The notes: generated by a model not told the origin, from the sequence alone. Numbered from the stretch's first letter, positions 44,101 through 55,193 are shown. The stretch is 64,000 nucleotides of DNA from an uncultured Clostridium sp. (GCA_948471035.1 CAOKRC010000003.1:13246-77245), one strand, 5' to 3'. Numbers and translations: made by a program.

Positions 44101-47100
44101 CATTTTTGTATTATTAAAATCGTATAAAATTTGATTTCTTTCTTCATTAGATAGCATATCAATATCAGCTATTTTGATTTCATTATTTTCCAAAACAGTG
44201 TTTAAAATATTAATATAATGAGAAGATAGTCGCTTAATAAAATCCTCATCAAACAACTTAGTACAATACTCAAAACGTAGTAAAAATTCATTATCCGTAG
44301 GAACAACTTCTAAAGATAAATCAAATTTAGAAATCTTACTATCAGGAATGAAATATTCAGTATGAGCATCTTTAAAATCAATAACAGGATAACCATTATT
44401 TTGATATATGAACATAACATCAAATAAAGGATTTCTACTAGTATCTCTTTTTATATTTAATTCTTTTACCAATTTATCAAAAGGATAAGCTTGATTTTGG
44501 AAACAAGCTAAACAATGTTCTTTTATTGAATTTGCAAACTCATTAAAACTTGCCAAATGATTAACTTTATTTCTAAGTACCAAAGTATTAACAAACATAC
44601 CAAGCATATTAGAAAGTTCAGGCAATTCCCTACCAATAATAGGCGTACCAACTAAAATATCATCTCCAGATGAATATTTAGAAAGTAAAATATAATAAAC
44701 AGACAACATTAACATATATGGAGTAATACCTAAATTTTTAGCAACATTATTTATCTTTTCAAAAGTATCCTTTGGTAAATTTATATAATAATTAGAACCC
44801 TCAAAACTTTGCACAGAAGGTCTAGGATAAGTTGTAGGCATATTTAATAAAGGTATTTCATCACAAAATTGATTTACCCAAAAATCCTGTAAATCTTTAA
44901 ATTCATCTTTTTCAAATTGTTCTTTTTCCCATAAAGTAAAATCCTTATAATCTATGTGTTTTTCAGGTAATACATTACCATTATACAAATCACAAAGTTC
45001 TTGTAGTAAAATACCTAAAGAAGTACCATCACTAATAATGTGATGCATATCAAGTAATAATAACATCTTATTATTTGGTAAAAACACTTCCTTAGCCCTA
45101 AATAAAGGAGCTTTAGCTAAATCAAATGGTTTTACAAAATCAGCATAAACACTATTCAAATCATTAGAATCTAAACTATCAGTTAATAAAGAAAAATCAA
45201 TCTTATCTTCTATAATTTGAACAATATCATTATCTTTAATTTTAAAATGAGTACGTAAAACATCATGTCTATCAAGCAAGACCTGAAAACACTTTTGTAA
45301 TAACTTTGTATCTAATGTTTTATCAACAATAATTCCACCAGCAATATTATATAAAGTAGAATTAGCATCTAAACTTGAAGCATAATAAATTCTCTTTTGA
45401 GCAGAAGATAAAGGATAAAAATCCATTTTTTCAACTTTTTCAATATAAGAATTATTAGCTTTTGATTGTGTACTTTGAATGTAATTAGACAAATCTAATA
45501 TAATTGGTTTGCTCAAAACATCTTTAACATATATTTGTACACCCAATTTATCATAAATCATTGTACAAAAATTCATAGCACAAAGTGAATCCCCACCAAG
45601 TTCAAGGAAAGAATCATCAATACTAATAGTATTTACGTGTAAAAGAACCTTTAAAATATCAATCAAAGTAGCATCAATGTCATTACGAGGAGCAATAATT
45701 TCTTTTTCCTCATCACAAATAGTAGGAAGAGGTAGTGCATCTCTATTAATCTTACCATTATGATTATATGGAAGAGATGGTAAATCTATAAAATATTGAG
45801 GAATCATATAACTTGCTAAATCTTTTTTTAGAGTTAGTTTTAAACTATTAATATCTACAGGGCCACTTTTAACATAGTATGCACATAAAATATCATGGTT
45901 AAACTCATCAGTCTTCTTTGCTACAACACATGAAGTAATATTTTTAAAATTCAAAATTTTCTCTTCAATTTCACCAAGTTCAACCCTAAATCCACGAATT
46001 TTTATTTGAGTATCAATTCTTTTACAATACTCAAAAGAACCATCTTTATGAAGAATAGCACTATCACCAGAACGATATAAAATTTCATCAGGATTATATG
46101 GGTTTTTTATTAATTTTGTACTATTTAAATCAGGTCTATTTAAGTAACCCTTAAATACACCGTCTCCAATAACTCCAATTTCACCAGGTACATTATAAGG
46201 AACTAGTTTTAAATTATCATCTAATAAAATCATTTTTAAAGTTGGAATAGGTACACCTATATTAGATTTAGAAAGTAATAAATCTTCATTAGATAGTTCC
46301 TTAAAAGTAACATGTACAGTAGTTTCTGTAATACCATACATATTAATTAACTTAGTAAAAGGATATTTATCTTTCCAAGGTTTAATTAAACAAGGTTTTA
46401 AAGCTTCACCAGCAAAAATAATATATCTTATTTTTAAATTAGAGTCCTTACGTTTTAATTCCTCTGCTAATAAATTATAAAAATATGTAGGGGTTTGATC
46501 AAGAATAGTCACATTCTCTTTTCTTAATAAATTTAAAAATTCAGCAGGGTCTTGAGCAACATCTTCAGGGACTAATATAAGTTTAGCACCATAAAGTAAA
46601 GTACCATACATTTCCCATACAGAAACATCAAAGGCAACCGAATGAAACATAGGCCAAACGTCATTTTCGTTAAAGTCAAATTGAAAAGAATCATTTTTTA
46701 TTAACCTAACAACATTTCTATGGCATAATAAAGCACCTTTAGGTTTACCAGTAGAACCTGAAGTATAAATAATATAAAGTGAATCCTCAGGAGAAATATC
46801 GATATTACAGTTTGAAGTATCACTTGTATAAATATTGATATTATCTAAAGAAATATCAATTTTTGGAATGGCAAAAGGCATATCATCTGCAATATTTAAA
46901 AATAATAAAACCTTTGCTCCACTATCAGCTACCATATATTTTACACGTTCTTCTGGATAGCCTAAGTTAATGGGTAAATAGCAAGCACCAACTTTAATAA
47001 TAGCAAGAATTCCAATAACCATTTCTAAAGATTTTGGCATACGTAAAGCAATCACAGTATCTTTCTTAATACCGCTAGAAATTAAATAATGTGCAAGTTG

Positions 47101-48582
47101 ATTAGCTTTTTCATTTAAATCTTTATAAGTTAAAGATTTATCACGAAAAACAACAGCAACATTATCGGGAGTTTTTTCTACTTGTTCTTCAAACAAACTA
47201 ACAAGAGTTGCATCATAAGGATATGTTGCATCATAATCATTAAACTTATATAAAATATCATATTTTTCCTTACTAGTAACAATCTCAATATCTTTTAAAC
47301 AAACATTTTCTCTTTCTAAAATTTGCCATATAATATGTAAAATACGATTGTGCATATCTTCTATATCATCATCAGTATATTTAGAAACTCTGTAATCATA
47401 AGCAACATTAATACTGCCAGTATCATTCAAATCAAATAAATGAATATCTATATCATCATTAGAATTACCATTAAAGTTCCATCTAGTTGAATAATTTAAG
47501 CCCTTTTCAGTAGCAGCTTTTGTTACTTGATAAGAAATAAGAATATTATATAAATTAGGAATAGATGCATCTTTCTTTCTTAAATCCTCCAAGATATTTT
47601 GATAATAATACTTTTGGTGTCTAAGCATACCTAAAGAATCTTTTGCAATATTAGAAACAAAAGATTTAAAATCTAAATTATCATCAATTAAAAATCTAAG
47701 AGGAGCAGTATTAATAAACATACCAGTAGTATTTTTTTCATTAAAATTAGTTCTATTTAAAATTGGAGTACCAAGTACAAAATCATCAATTCTGCTAACT
47801 CTACCAATATAAATAGCATAAACAGCCATAAAAAAGTTAAAAACAGAAACATGATTTAGCTTACAATAAGCACTAATTTTATCCATTAAGTTATTATCAA
47901 TGTTATATAATTTACGGTTAGCCTCAGGGGAAAAATCGTCCTTAATTTCAGCAATGCTACCAGGAATAGTAGCAAGTTCTGGAACAGTATCAAAAATATT
48001 TTCCCAATATTCCTTATCTTTTTTAAATTTATCACTAACTAAATATTCTTTTTCACTATTAATATAATTCAAATAAGAAAAATCTTCATTTTTAGAAACA
48101 TCCTCGTCATTTAAAAGACAAGAATAAATTCTAACAATATCATTTGCAAGAATTCCTAAACTCCAAGAATCGCCAAATAAATGGTGAACATTAACAATAA
48201 AACCACCAGTACTATCCTTAAGTCTAAAAATTTTCATGCAAAATAAATCACCATTATAAATATCAAAAACATGATTTAACATAGTATTTTCAATCTTAGA
48301 AATATCATTTTTTGAATCAATATCAACAATTTCAATATCAATACTATTAGGGGAATCATCTAAGTATTGTTTTAGCTCATTATTATCTAAAGCCAATTTA
48401 AAATGAAAGCTATCATGATTATTAATAAAAATATACATAGCCTTTTTTAATAAATCGAAATCTAAAACATTATCAATAATAGCAGTTCCGCAAATATTAT
48501 TAATATTAGTTCCTTTGTAGAATTCTTCCGTAAGTAAAATAGATTTTTGAGGATTAGTTAAACCGTAAAATTCATTCTTCAT
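41110..48582 (-). CDS. Bimodular NRPS C-A-T-C-A-T-R (terminal thioester reductase)
   Basis: HHLFGD and HHIISDG (C), YTSGSTGxPKG twice (A), LGGDSL/LGGNSL (T), LLTGFTGFLG and YVRSK (R). Confidence 0.93.
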   Translation of the reverse strand: MKNEFYGLTNPQKSILLTEEFYKGTNINNICGTAIIDNVLDFDLLKKAMYIFINNHDSFHFKLALDNNELKQYLDDSPNSIDIEIVDIDSKNDISKIENTMLNHVFDIYNGDLFCMKIFRLKDSTGGFIVNVHHLFGDSWSLGILANDIVRIYSCLLNDEDVSKNEDFSYLNYINSEKEYLVSDKFKKDKEYWENIFDTVPELATIPGSIAEIKDDFSPEANRKLYNIDNNLMDKISAYCKLNHVSVFNFFMAVYAIYIGRVSRIDDFVLGTPILNRTNFNEKNTTGMFINTAPLRFLIDDNLDFKSFVSNIAKDSLGMLRHQKYYYQNILEDLRKKDASIPNLYNILISYQVTKAATEKGLNYSTRWNFNGNSNDDIDIHLFDLNDTGSINVAYDYRVSKYTDDDIEDMHNRILHIIWQILERENVCLKDIEIVTSKEKYDILYKFNDYDATYPYDATLVSLFEEQVEKTPDNVAVVFRDKSLTYKDLNEKANQLAHYLISSGIKKDTVIALRMPKSLEMVIGILAIIKVGACYLPINLGYPEERVKYMVADSGAKVLLFLNIADDMPFAIPKIDISLDNINIYTSDTSNCNIDISPEDSLYIIYTSGSTGKPKGALLCHRNVVRLIKNDSFQFDFNENDVWPMFHSVAFDVSVWEMYGTLLYGAKLILVPEDVAQDPAEFLNLLRKENVTILDQTPTYFYNLLAEELKRKDSNLKIRYIIFAGEALKPCLIKPWKDKYPFTKLINMYGITETTVHVTFKELSNEDLLLSKSNIGVPIPTLKMILLDDNLKLVPYNVPGEIGVIGDGVFKGYLNRPDLNSTKLIKNPYNPDEILYRSGDSAILHKDGSFEYCKRIDTQIKIRGFRVELGEIEEKILNFKNITSCVVAKKTDEFNHDILCAYYVKSGPVDINSLKLTLKKDLASYMIPQYFIDLPSLPYNHNGKINRDALPLPTICDEEKEIIAPRNDIDATLIDILKVLLHVNTISIDDSFLELGGDSLCAMNFCTMIYDKLGVQIYVKDVLSKPIILDLSNYIQSTQSKANNSYIEKVEKMDFYPLSSAQKRIYYASSLDANSTLYNIAGGIIVDKTLDTKLLQKCFQVLLDRHDVLRTHFKIKDNDIVQIIEDKIDFSLLTDSLDSNDLNSVYADFVKPFDLAKAPLFRAKEVFLPNNKMLLLLDMHHIISDGTSLGILLQELCDLYNGNVLPEKHIDYKDFTLWEKEQFEKDEFKDLQDFWVNQFCDEIPLLNMPTTYPRPSVQSFEGSNYYINLPKDTFEKINNVAKNLGITPYMLMLSVYYILLSKYSSGDDILVGTPIIGRELPELSNMLGMFVNTLVLRNKVNHLASFNEFANSIKEHCLACFQNQAYPFDKLVKELNIKRDTSRNPLFDVMFIYQNNGYPVIDFKDAHTEYFIPDSKISKFDLSLEVVPTDNEFLLRFEYCTKLFDEDFIKRLSSHYINILNTVLENNEIKIADIDMLSNEERNQILYDFNNTKMDYPSNKTIVDLFEEQVEKTPDNIAVVFEDKKLTYRELNEKANQLARFLLANSVNTNDIVCLLLDKSLESIISIIATLKVGATYLPIDVNYPSDRIDYIIRDSKSKILLTTKANIHKSNGTIQALCIDIDSPIYSQNDFENIYCKNISADNLAYIMYTSGSTGNPKGVMVKHRNIIRLVKNNNFITFDKKERILQTGSIVFDACTFEIFGTLLNGFELYIIKKEALLDSQLLQDYVINNKITILWLTAPLFNQLCEENPHMFRSVKTLLTGGDVLSPKHINMVKVANPNLTVINGYGPTENTTFSCCFTIDKKYTNSIPIGKPISNSTAYVVSTTGNLNPIGVPGELWVGGDGVAKGYLNNDNLTNEKFIENPFGTGLVYKTGDLVKWLPNGCIDFIGRIDNQVKIRGFRVEIGEVNARIATFPSMKECFTIVNEIKGEKNICSYIVADKQIDIHELKQYLKRNLPIYMIPTYFMQLEKLPINTNGKVDRKSLPTNFKSNHIKGKIKQPTNENEKLLLDIFKKLLSFDDIGIDDDFFELGGNSLLAIKLQVEAISNNLQITYADIFDHPTVQELAKCINHTTDSYTENNFDYEKYNTILENNQITTDMEIQNTPIGNVLLTGFTGFLGAHVLDSYLKKENGTIYCLIRGKNNMSPEDRLKNVLHFYFDTQYDSYIGNRIKLVEGDITLNDFGLNMIDYNVLGTNVNTVIHCAALVKHYGSYNDFEKINIIGTKRVIDFCKVYNLKLLHVSTISVSGNNLAEGANIDNNFEKDMFFNETNFYIGQNLKNFYVRSKFEAEKLVLDAILGGLQACILRMGNLTSRFSEGKFQQNHFENAFVNRLKSFLQIGVFPKSLLNLYCEFTPIDYCGNAIIDIANHINKDFTVFHLLNEKHVYLDRLFNMLHEIGINISLIPDEEFSNTIQALLQDSSKKQELEGIINDLNADKKLVYKSQVNIQSNFTKEFLLKIGFEWPYIDINYIRNYFKYLTDIGYFNLYIN

Positions 48583-48995
48583 ATATAATCTCCCTTATAT
48601 TAAACATCCCATAAGAAGACAAAACTCCTTATTATTCCAGAAAATTATATAATTAAAAACAGAAAAAAGAAACCAAATAGTAAAATGTTACCAAAAAAAT
48701 ATGCAACTGTAATATATATGTAATATAAGCATATACATACAGGCAAAAATATAAAATTCGACAATATAATTCAATGATTTAAAAAAGCATATATCACAAA
48801 AAGTAAAACATTTGGCATAGGCCATTTATTGAATGTAATAGTTGTGTTTATACTATTGCATTCGTCGTAAAATCTGCATGCGACATTAAATATTCACCGT
48901 AAAAATCTGCAAAAACCTTGACTAATAATAAAAACAATAGTTATAATGGTAAATATAACAAATAGATTAATAACAATCAAAAGGAGACAGAAACA

Positions 48996-50303
48996 ATGAA
49001 TAAAATAGAACCAAGAACATTACCTGGTTTCATGGAACTTTTACCAAATGACCAAGTAAAATTTAATATAATGAAAGAAAAAATAGCACATTCATATGAA
49101 AAATTTGGATTTCTTCCACTAGATACTCCAGTAATAGAGCTATCAAATGTACTACTTGCAAAAGCAGGAGGAGAAACAGAAAAACAAATATATCGTTTTG
49201 AAAAGGGAGAAGCGGATTTAAGTCTAAGATTTGACCACACAGTACCACTTGCAAAATACGTTTCATTATATCAAGGAGAATTAGCATTCCCATTTAAACG
49301 ATATGCAATAGGAAAAGTATACCGTGGAGAAAAAGCACAAAAAGGAAGATATCGTGAATTTTATCAATGTGATATAGATGTTATAGGTGATGGAGAGCTT
49401 AGTATAATAAATGATGCTCAAATGCCAAACATAATATACAACACATTTAAAGAATTAGGATTTGATAACTTCACAATATGTATAAACAACAGAAAAATAT
49501 TAAATGGATTATTTGAAAGTCTTGGATTAATAGAAAAAACAGCAGATATCTTAAGAATCATAGATAAGATTGAAAAAATTGGAGAAAAAGCAGTTACCCA
49601 AGAATTAAACACACTAGGAGTAGAAAAAGGAGCTCGTGAAAGTATAATAAAATTTGTAACAATCACAGGAAAAACAGACGAAAAAATATCAGCATTAAAT
49701 GAACTAGGAATACAAAACGAACTATTTAAAACAGGTGTAAATGAGCTAATAGACATAGTAAAATACCTAAGACTATTAGGAATGCCAGAAGAATATTTTA
49801 CAGTAGATTTAAAAATAGCAAGAGGATTAGACTATTATACAGGAACAGTATATGAAACATTCCTAAATGAATATAGAAACTTAGGAAGTATATGTTCAGG
49901 AGGACGATATGATAACCTTGCAGAATACTATACAGATAAAAAATTACCAGGAGTAGGAATTTCAATAGGACTAACAAGATTATTTTACCAATTAAGCCAA
50001 ATAAACCAAATAAAAGAAACAAAAGAATCAATTTCAAAAATGCTAGTAGTACCAATGGAAAATGAATTAGAAGAAGCTATACAAATAGCAAGTAAATTAA
50101 GAGAGTCTGGAATAAATACAGACATCTATCTAGAAGAAGCAAAAATAAAAAAGAAAATGAAATATGCAGATAAATGGAAAATACCATATGTAATAATAGT
50201 AGGAGAAGAAGAAATAGAAACAAAAATACTAACATTAAAAAATATGGAAACAGGAGAACAGAAAAAACTAACAATAGATGAAATAATTAATGAAATAAAA
50301 TAA
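48996..50303 (+). CDS. hisS: Histidine--tRNA ligase
   Basis: LRFDHTVP, GRYREFYQCD, RGLDYYTG, GGRYDNL. Confidence 0.95.
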   Translation: MNKIEPRTLPGFMELLPNDQVKFNIMKEKIAHSYEKFGFLPLDTPVIELSNVLLAKAGGETEKQIYRFEKGEADLSLRFDHTVPLAKYVSLYQGELAFPFKRYAIGKVYRGEKAQKGRYREFYQCDIDVIGDGELSIINDAQMPNIIYNTFKELGFDNFTICINNRKILNGLFESLGLIEKTADILRIIDKIEKIGEKAVTQELNTLGVEKGARESIIKFVTITGKTDEKISALNELGIQNELFKTGVNELIDIVKYLRLLGMPEEYFTVDLKIARGLDYYTGTVYETFLNEYRNLGSICSGGRYDNLAEYYTDKKLPGVGISIGLTRLFYQLSQINQIKETKESISKMLVVPMENELEEAIQIASKLRESGINTDIYLEEAKIKKKMKYADKWKIPYVIIVGEEEIETKILTLKNMETGEQKKLTIDEIINEIK

Positions 50304-50550
50304 AAAAGAAATATATCTGTATGGGGGTTGACGCCATCGTCGCTCCATAATACGCATATATAAATAATATAAATCCAAAATTAGATAATAACATGTTTAA
50401 AAATTATAAAAAAGGAAAAAATAAAATGTAAGGGTAGTGGGTGCACTTACATTTTATTTTTTTATGTAATATAACATTTATAATATAATAAATCTTCTAA
50501 GAATAAGCATAGAAGTACACCCAAGGCTAGTAGCAAACAGGGGGGAACAA

Positions 50551-51702
50551 ATGAAAAGAAAAAGTAAAAGTAAAAATAAAAATAAAAATAATGATAACTA
50601 CAAAACTGTTGTAGAAACTACTACAATATTAATATTTATTACAATATTGGGATTTTACTTATTCAACATGTACATAAACATAGACATTCGGGAACAATGG
50701 GCAAAACCCTACTTATCAAGCAACAAAAACCATACGGAACAGTAGGAGAAGAAACTAATGAAAGTAAAACTATAGCAGATGTATTAGAAGAAACATCAAA
50801 AGCAGTAGTTGGTATATCTAAAATACAAGAAAAAGGAAGTTCAATATTTTTGCAAGATGGAAGTACAAAACTAGGATTAGGAACAGGAATAATAGTATCA
50901 GAAAATGGATATATCGTAACAAATGAACATGTATCAGGCTCAAAATATTCAAATTGCTACGTCACATTAGAAAATGGAAAAGAATATGTAGCAAATGTTG
51001 TATGGGCAGATACAGATTTAGACTTATCAATAATAAAAATAAATGCAAACAATTTACCATATGTAATATTTGGAGATTCAGATAAAATTAGAGTAGGAGA
51101 AAAAGTATATGCTATAGGAAACCCAATTGGGTTTGAATTTAGAAGAACAGTGACAGGAGGAATAATTAGTGCAACAGATAGAACAATAAAAATAGAAGAA
51201 GATGACAAAGTTTCATACATGGAAGATTTAATACAAACAGATGCTACAATAAATCCAGGAAATAGTGGAGGACCACTAATAAAACCAAATGGAGAAGTAA
51301 TAGGAATAAACTCAGTAAAAATAGAATCAGCAGAAGCAATAGGATTTGCAATACCCATAAATATAATAAAACCAATAATAAGCAGTTACACAAAAAATCG
51401 GTAACTTTGAAGAAGCAAGCATAGGGATATTCGCATACGATAAAAATGTAATACCATATTTAAACTCAAAATTAGATTTAAAAAGTGGAATATATGTAGT
51501 AGAAGTGATAAAAAATAGCTCAGCAGAAAAAGCGGGAATAAAAAAAGGAGATATAATACAAAAAATAGATGGAATAGAATTAAATAAAATGAGTGAACTA
51601 CGAAAATATATCTATACAAAAACGCCAGGAGAAGAGATAACACTACTTGTACAAAGAAATGGAATAACAAGTCCTGTAAAGATAACTTTAGGAAAGAAAT
51701 AG
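50551..51702 (+). CDS. htrA: HtrA/DegP-like serine protease with PDZ, ~382 aa via three +1 shifts at CGG (50689, 50735, 51399)
   Basis: N-terminal TM; TNEHV, DLSII, INPGNSGGPL triad motifs; KN[C]G-NFEEASIGI...GIYVVEV...GIKKGDII PDZ; joins three ORFs of the track. Confidence 0.88.
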
Positions 51703-51731
51703 GTGGGTTGCAAAGCAACCACCTATTTCTT

Positions 51732-52586
51732 CTATAAATTATATAAATTTCCATCAACACAAAGTCTTGCACGTCCTGCAGTTTTTTCATCAGCATTTAA
51801 AGCCTGTTCAATAAAATCAGGATGACTAATTAAAAATTCTTTCATACTTCCATCAGGGTCTTTAATAAAATTGTGAACCATATCAAGTTGAGAATTATCA
51901 ATAATACCTTTTTCGAAAGCAGTACTAAATAAAGACTCATCAATTTGAACTAAAGAATAAGATTTAATACCAAGGTCTAATAATCTATCTGCTCCACCTT
52001 GCATTCTATCAACAACAGAAAGAGACCAAACTAATTCCCCACCTAATTCTTGAATTGCAGGAATCCAAGCACGAATAAAGCTTGAAGCAACAGTAATTAA
52101 ATCAGTAATATGTAAAACCTTTTTCCCACTAATACTAGAAGAAATAACAGTTTCATTAAAGTTACAATCACTTGTAACACAAGATAAATCTTTAAAAACA
52201 GTAATATGTGGTTTGTTTAGCAAAAATGCAATCATATAAGAAAAGAACCAATCTCTTCTCTCACCACCAGAAATATAATCTATATCTTGAACATTAATAG
52301 TATTTTTTATAAAAGAAATCATCTCATTAATAACATCACTATAAATTTTATTATTATCATATTGATGTTTAACCATTGCAAATAATTCTTTTGGCATACC
52401 AAGTTTATCATGTTTATTTTCATCAATAAACTTTAATAAGTCATTCGCATCTGCTTCACTGCCATAAACAAAATGAGTATTTATAAAATAAGGTCCAATC
52501 TTACCTGAAGTATACCAAAAAGGCTTATCTCCTTTAGACACTTTAACAGCATTAGTCTCAAATAAATATGATTTTAAATCACTCAT
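51732..52586 (-). CDS. Orotate phosphoribosyltransferase-like protein
   Basis: FWYTSGKIGPYFIN, VLHITDLITVASS PRPP-loop-like segment, VVDRMQGG. Confidence 0.7.
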   Translation of the reverse strand: MSDLKSYLFETNAVKVSKGDKPFWYTSGKIGPYFINTHFVYGSEADANDLLKFIDENKHDKLGMPKELFAMVKHQYDNNKIYSDVINEMISFIKNTINVQDIDYISGGERRDWFFSYMIAFLLNKPHITVFKDLSCVTSDCNFNETVISSSISGKKVLHITDLITVASSFIRAWIPAIQELGGELVWSLSVVDRMQGGADRLLDLGIKSYSLVQIDESLFSTAFEKGIIDNSQLDMVHNFIKDPDGSMKEFLISHPDFIEQALNADEKTAGRARLCVDGNLYNL

Positions 52587-52729
52587 ATAAAAAACCTCCA
52601 ATCTAATAGTAACAATATTGCAACTATTAGTCCAATTTTTATCCTAAACAATAATAAAATAAAAATCGAATAATGTCAATCAAAATTAATAAAATCATAT
52701 AAAGATATGCTAATGTTCAGTTCTAACTA

Positions 52730-52837
52730 GCGAGAGTGTAGAAATATATTTATTTTAAAAAGTGGAGTACGTGGAGTCTCCAGAGACCATGACGAGTGTC
52801 GAAGCTTTTCAAAATAAATATATTACTACATGGAAGC
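52730..52837. repeat. ~108-bp intergenic hairpin element, copy 1
   Basis: Arms AATATATTTATTTT-AAAAG / CTTTT-CAAAATAAATATATT; a similar copy lies at 62941-63047. Confidence 0.8.
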
Positions 52838-52879
52838 GGATTGCAAATAAAATAAGTTGTAATAAATCATATAAAAAAA

Positions 52880-54109
52880 CTACCTAATCAACTTATACCA
52901 ACTCTCATATAAAAATGTAGTCATATTCCACAAACCAATTTTATTAACATCACTCGCAGCAATAATATTCGAGCTACCAACAACTTCACCATTTATAGAA
53001 TAACTAACCTCACCAAGTTTTTGACCTTTTACAACAGGTGCAACAATACTATCATCTAAAATAATGTTTTGAACTAAATTCTTATCTTCCCCTTTTTTAA
53101 CCAATGTACCACAAGAACTTTCTAAAATAGCATCAACAGAACCAGTAACCCCTTTATTAACAGTAAGAGACTTAACAGTATCCCCAGTTTTACCAAATTC
53201 CTTATAAGAATAATTACTAAAACCATAATCCAATAATTTACTAGCCTCATCAAAACGAACTTTAGTAGTAGGAGCTTTCATAATAACAGCAATCAAAGAT
53301 AAATTATCACGAGTAGCACTAGCAGATAAATTATAAAGAGCAATAGAAGTAGAACCAGTTTTTAACCCAGTTGCACCGCTATAATTTCTAATAAGTTTAT
53401 TAGTATTAACAAGACTAGACTTACCATCGCGTAAACTATCCATCCAAATAGTAGTATATTCAGTTATTTTTGGATGCTTAGTTAAAAGTTCACGAGACAT
53501 AAGACTAATATCATAAGCTGAAGTAACGTGGCCATCCTCATCAATACCATGTGGGTTCTTAAAAGTAGTATCATTCATACCAAGTTCGCGAGCCCTAACA
53601 TTCATCTGGGTAACAAAAGCATCAGTAGAACCAGCCAAAAATTCAGCCATTGCAACAGTACAATCATTAGCACTAACAACACAAATAGCCTTAAGCATCT
53701 CATGAACAGTAAGAGTTTCTCTTGTATCAAGCCATATTTGAGAACCACCCATAGAATTTGCATTTTCGCTACAAGGAACCTTATCATCTAAACTAATCCT
53801 TCCGCTATCCAAAGCCTCCATAATAAGTAAAATAGTCATAACCTTAGTAACACTAGCAGGACGTAACTTTTCGTGAATATTATGCTCATACAAAATCTTA
53901 CCACTATTTTGTTCAATCAAAATAGCAGAACCAGACTCTAAGTTCAAACTATTAGGTTTTTCTTCATCTGTATTAGCATTAACAGAACTTGTAATATCAT
54001 CACCATTCCATATAAAACTTGTATCCATTGCAAAAACAAAAGAAGGAATAGAAATAAACATCAATAAAAAAATAGAAATAATTTTAAAAATCAATTTATT
54101 ATTTAACAT
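52880..54109 (-). CDS. D-alanyl-D-alanine carboxypeptidase (DacF-like)
   Basis: PASVTK, SAND, LKTG motifs and C-terminal PBP5 domain. Confidence 0.9.
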   Translation of the reverse strand: MLNNKLIFKIISIFLLMFISIPSFVFAMDTSFIWNGDDITSSVNANTDEEKPNSLNLESGSAILIEQNSGKILYEHNIHEKLRPASVTKVMTILLIMEALDSGRISLDDKVPCSENANSMGGSQIWLDTRETLTVHEMLKAICVVSANDCTVAMAEFLAGSTDAFVTQMNVRARELGMNDTTFKNPHGIDEDGHVTSAYDISLMSRELLTKHPKITEYTTIWMDSLRDGKSSLVNTNKLIRNYSGATGLKTGSTSIALYNLSASATRDNLSLIAVIMKAPTTKVRFDEASKLLDYGFSNYSYKEFGKTGDTVKSLTVNKGVTGSVDAILESSCGTLVKKGEDKNLVQNIILDDSIVAPVVKGQKLGEVSYSINGEVVGSSNIIAASDVNKIGLWNMTTFLYESWYKLIR

Positions 54110-54274
54110 ATCTTAAACCTCCATAAAAAAGCTTACTAAAAAATATGCAGATAAAAAAGTTTATAGAATAGATAAATCAAAATATTATCTGTAAAATAAT
54201 GAAAAAATAGTAAAAATTTACAGTAAAAAATATACAAAAATACAAATACTAACAAAAAAATTAGGAGGTTTAAT

Positions 54275-54934
54275 ATGGATTATAATATTAATTTTCAAGA
54301 TAATATAAGATATTCAGAATTCAATCAAAGAGCTAAAGGTGTATTAGATTGGATTATGGAAAATAGAGAAAAAGAAGAATGGGCAAAAGATCCAAATGCA
54401 TATGAATTAACCAATATATATCTATTTGCAGGAAAATATGCTGGAGAAAAACAGCAAATAAATACAGACTCATTAAAAGAAATGTGGAATATACGTTCAC
54501 AAGATTTTGAAAGATGTGGAGTTTCTAATAATTCATTTATTTATAAAATATGTGAAGATTCGTATTTGTCAGCAATGGAAGGAAAAGCGTTAGTAAATGA
54601 TGAAAATTCGCACCATGCATTAAGAAGAATGGCAGGAATAGGGTTGTACTTAAAGCAACAACAAAGAGATGGAAATGAAATTAATTATAACAATCCAAGT
54701 GAAATTATGCAATTAATGGAGTGTTCAAGAACATTAAAAACATTCCATCCAGACTTGTTTGAAAAATATAGATTTGAAACAAATATAGAAAATATCCTAA
54801 AATTGCAACTGAAACATGAATTACCAAAAGGAGTAATAGAAGAGATGAATAACTTAAAAACAGAATTAAAAAAGGATAATTTGGCACAAGAAACAAATTT
54901 TAAGGAACAAGAACAAGAGGACATAATAGAATAA
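54275..54934 (+). CDS. Hypothetical protein
   Basis: 219-aa ORF, AGGAGG RBS. Confidence 0.6.
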   Translation: MDYNINFQDNIRYSEFNQRAKGVLDWIMENREKEEWAKDPNAYELTNIYLFAGKYAGEKQQINTDSLKEMWNIRSQDFERCGVSNNSFIYKICEDSYLSAMEGKALVNDENSHHALRRMAGIGLYLKQQQRDGNEINYNNPSEIMQLMECSRTLKTFHPDLFEKYRFETNIENILKLQLKHELPKGVIEEMNNLKTELKKDNLAQETNFKEQEQEDIIE

Positions 54935-55078
54935 AATAATATAATATTAAAAAACTATCATAACATATTTTGGGTTATGGTAGTTTTTATTAAAACATAT
55001 ATTACTACATAAAAACGGATTACAAAAGAGATAGGCTACAGAAACTAACAGAATAAAAATAATCTATCAAAAATATTG

Positions 55079-55193
55079 TATGGCAATCGCTTAAAAAATT
55101 TTTATCTTAGAAAAATCAAGGTTTTAAATTTTTACTAAAAAAATAAGAATCGAGTATTTTCAATATGTAGAAGTTTTTTAAGCGATTGCCATA
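55079..55193. repeat. Long inverted repeat upstream of pyrC
   Basis: TATGGCAATCGCTTAAAAAA ... TTTTTTAAGCGATTGCCATA (20-bp perfect arms). Confidence 0.75.
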
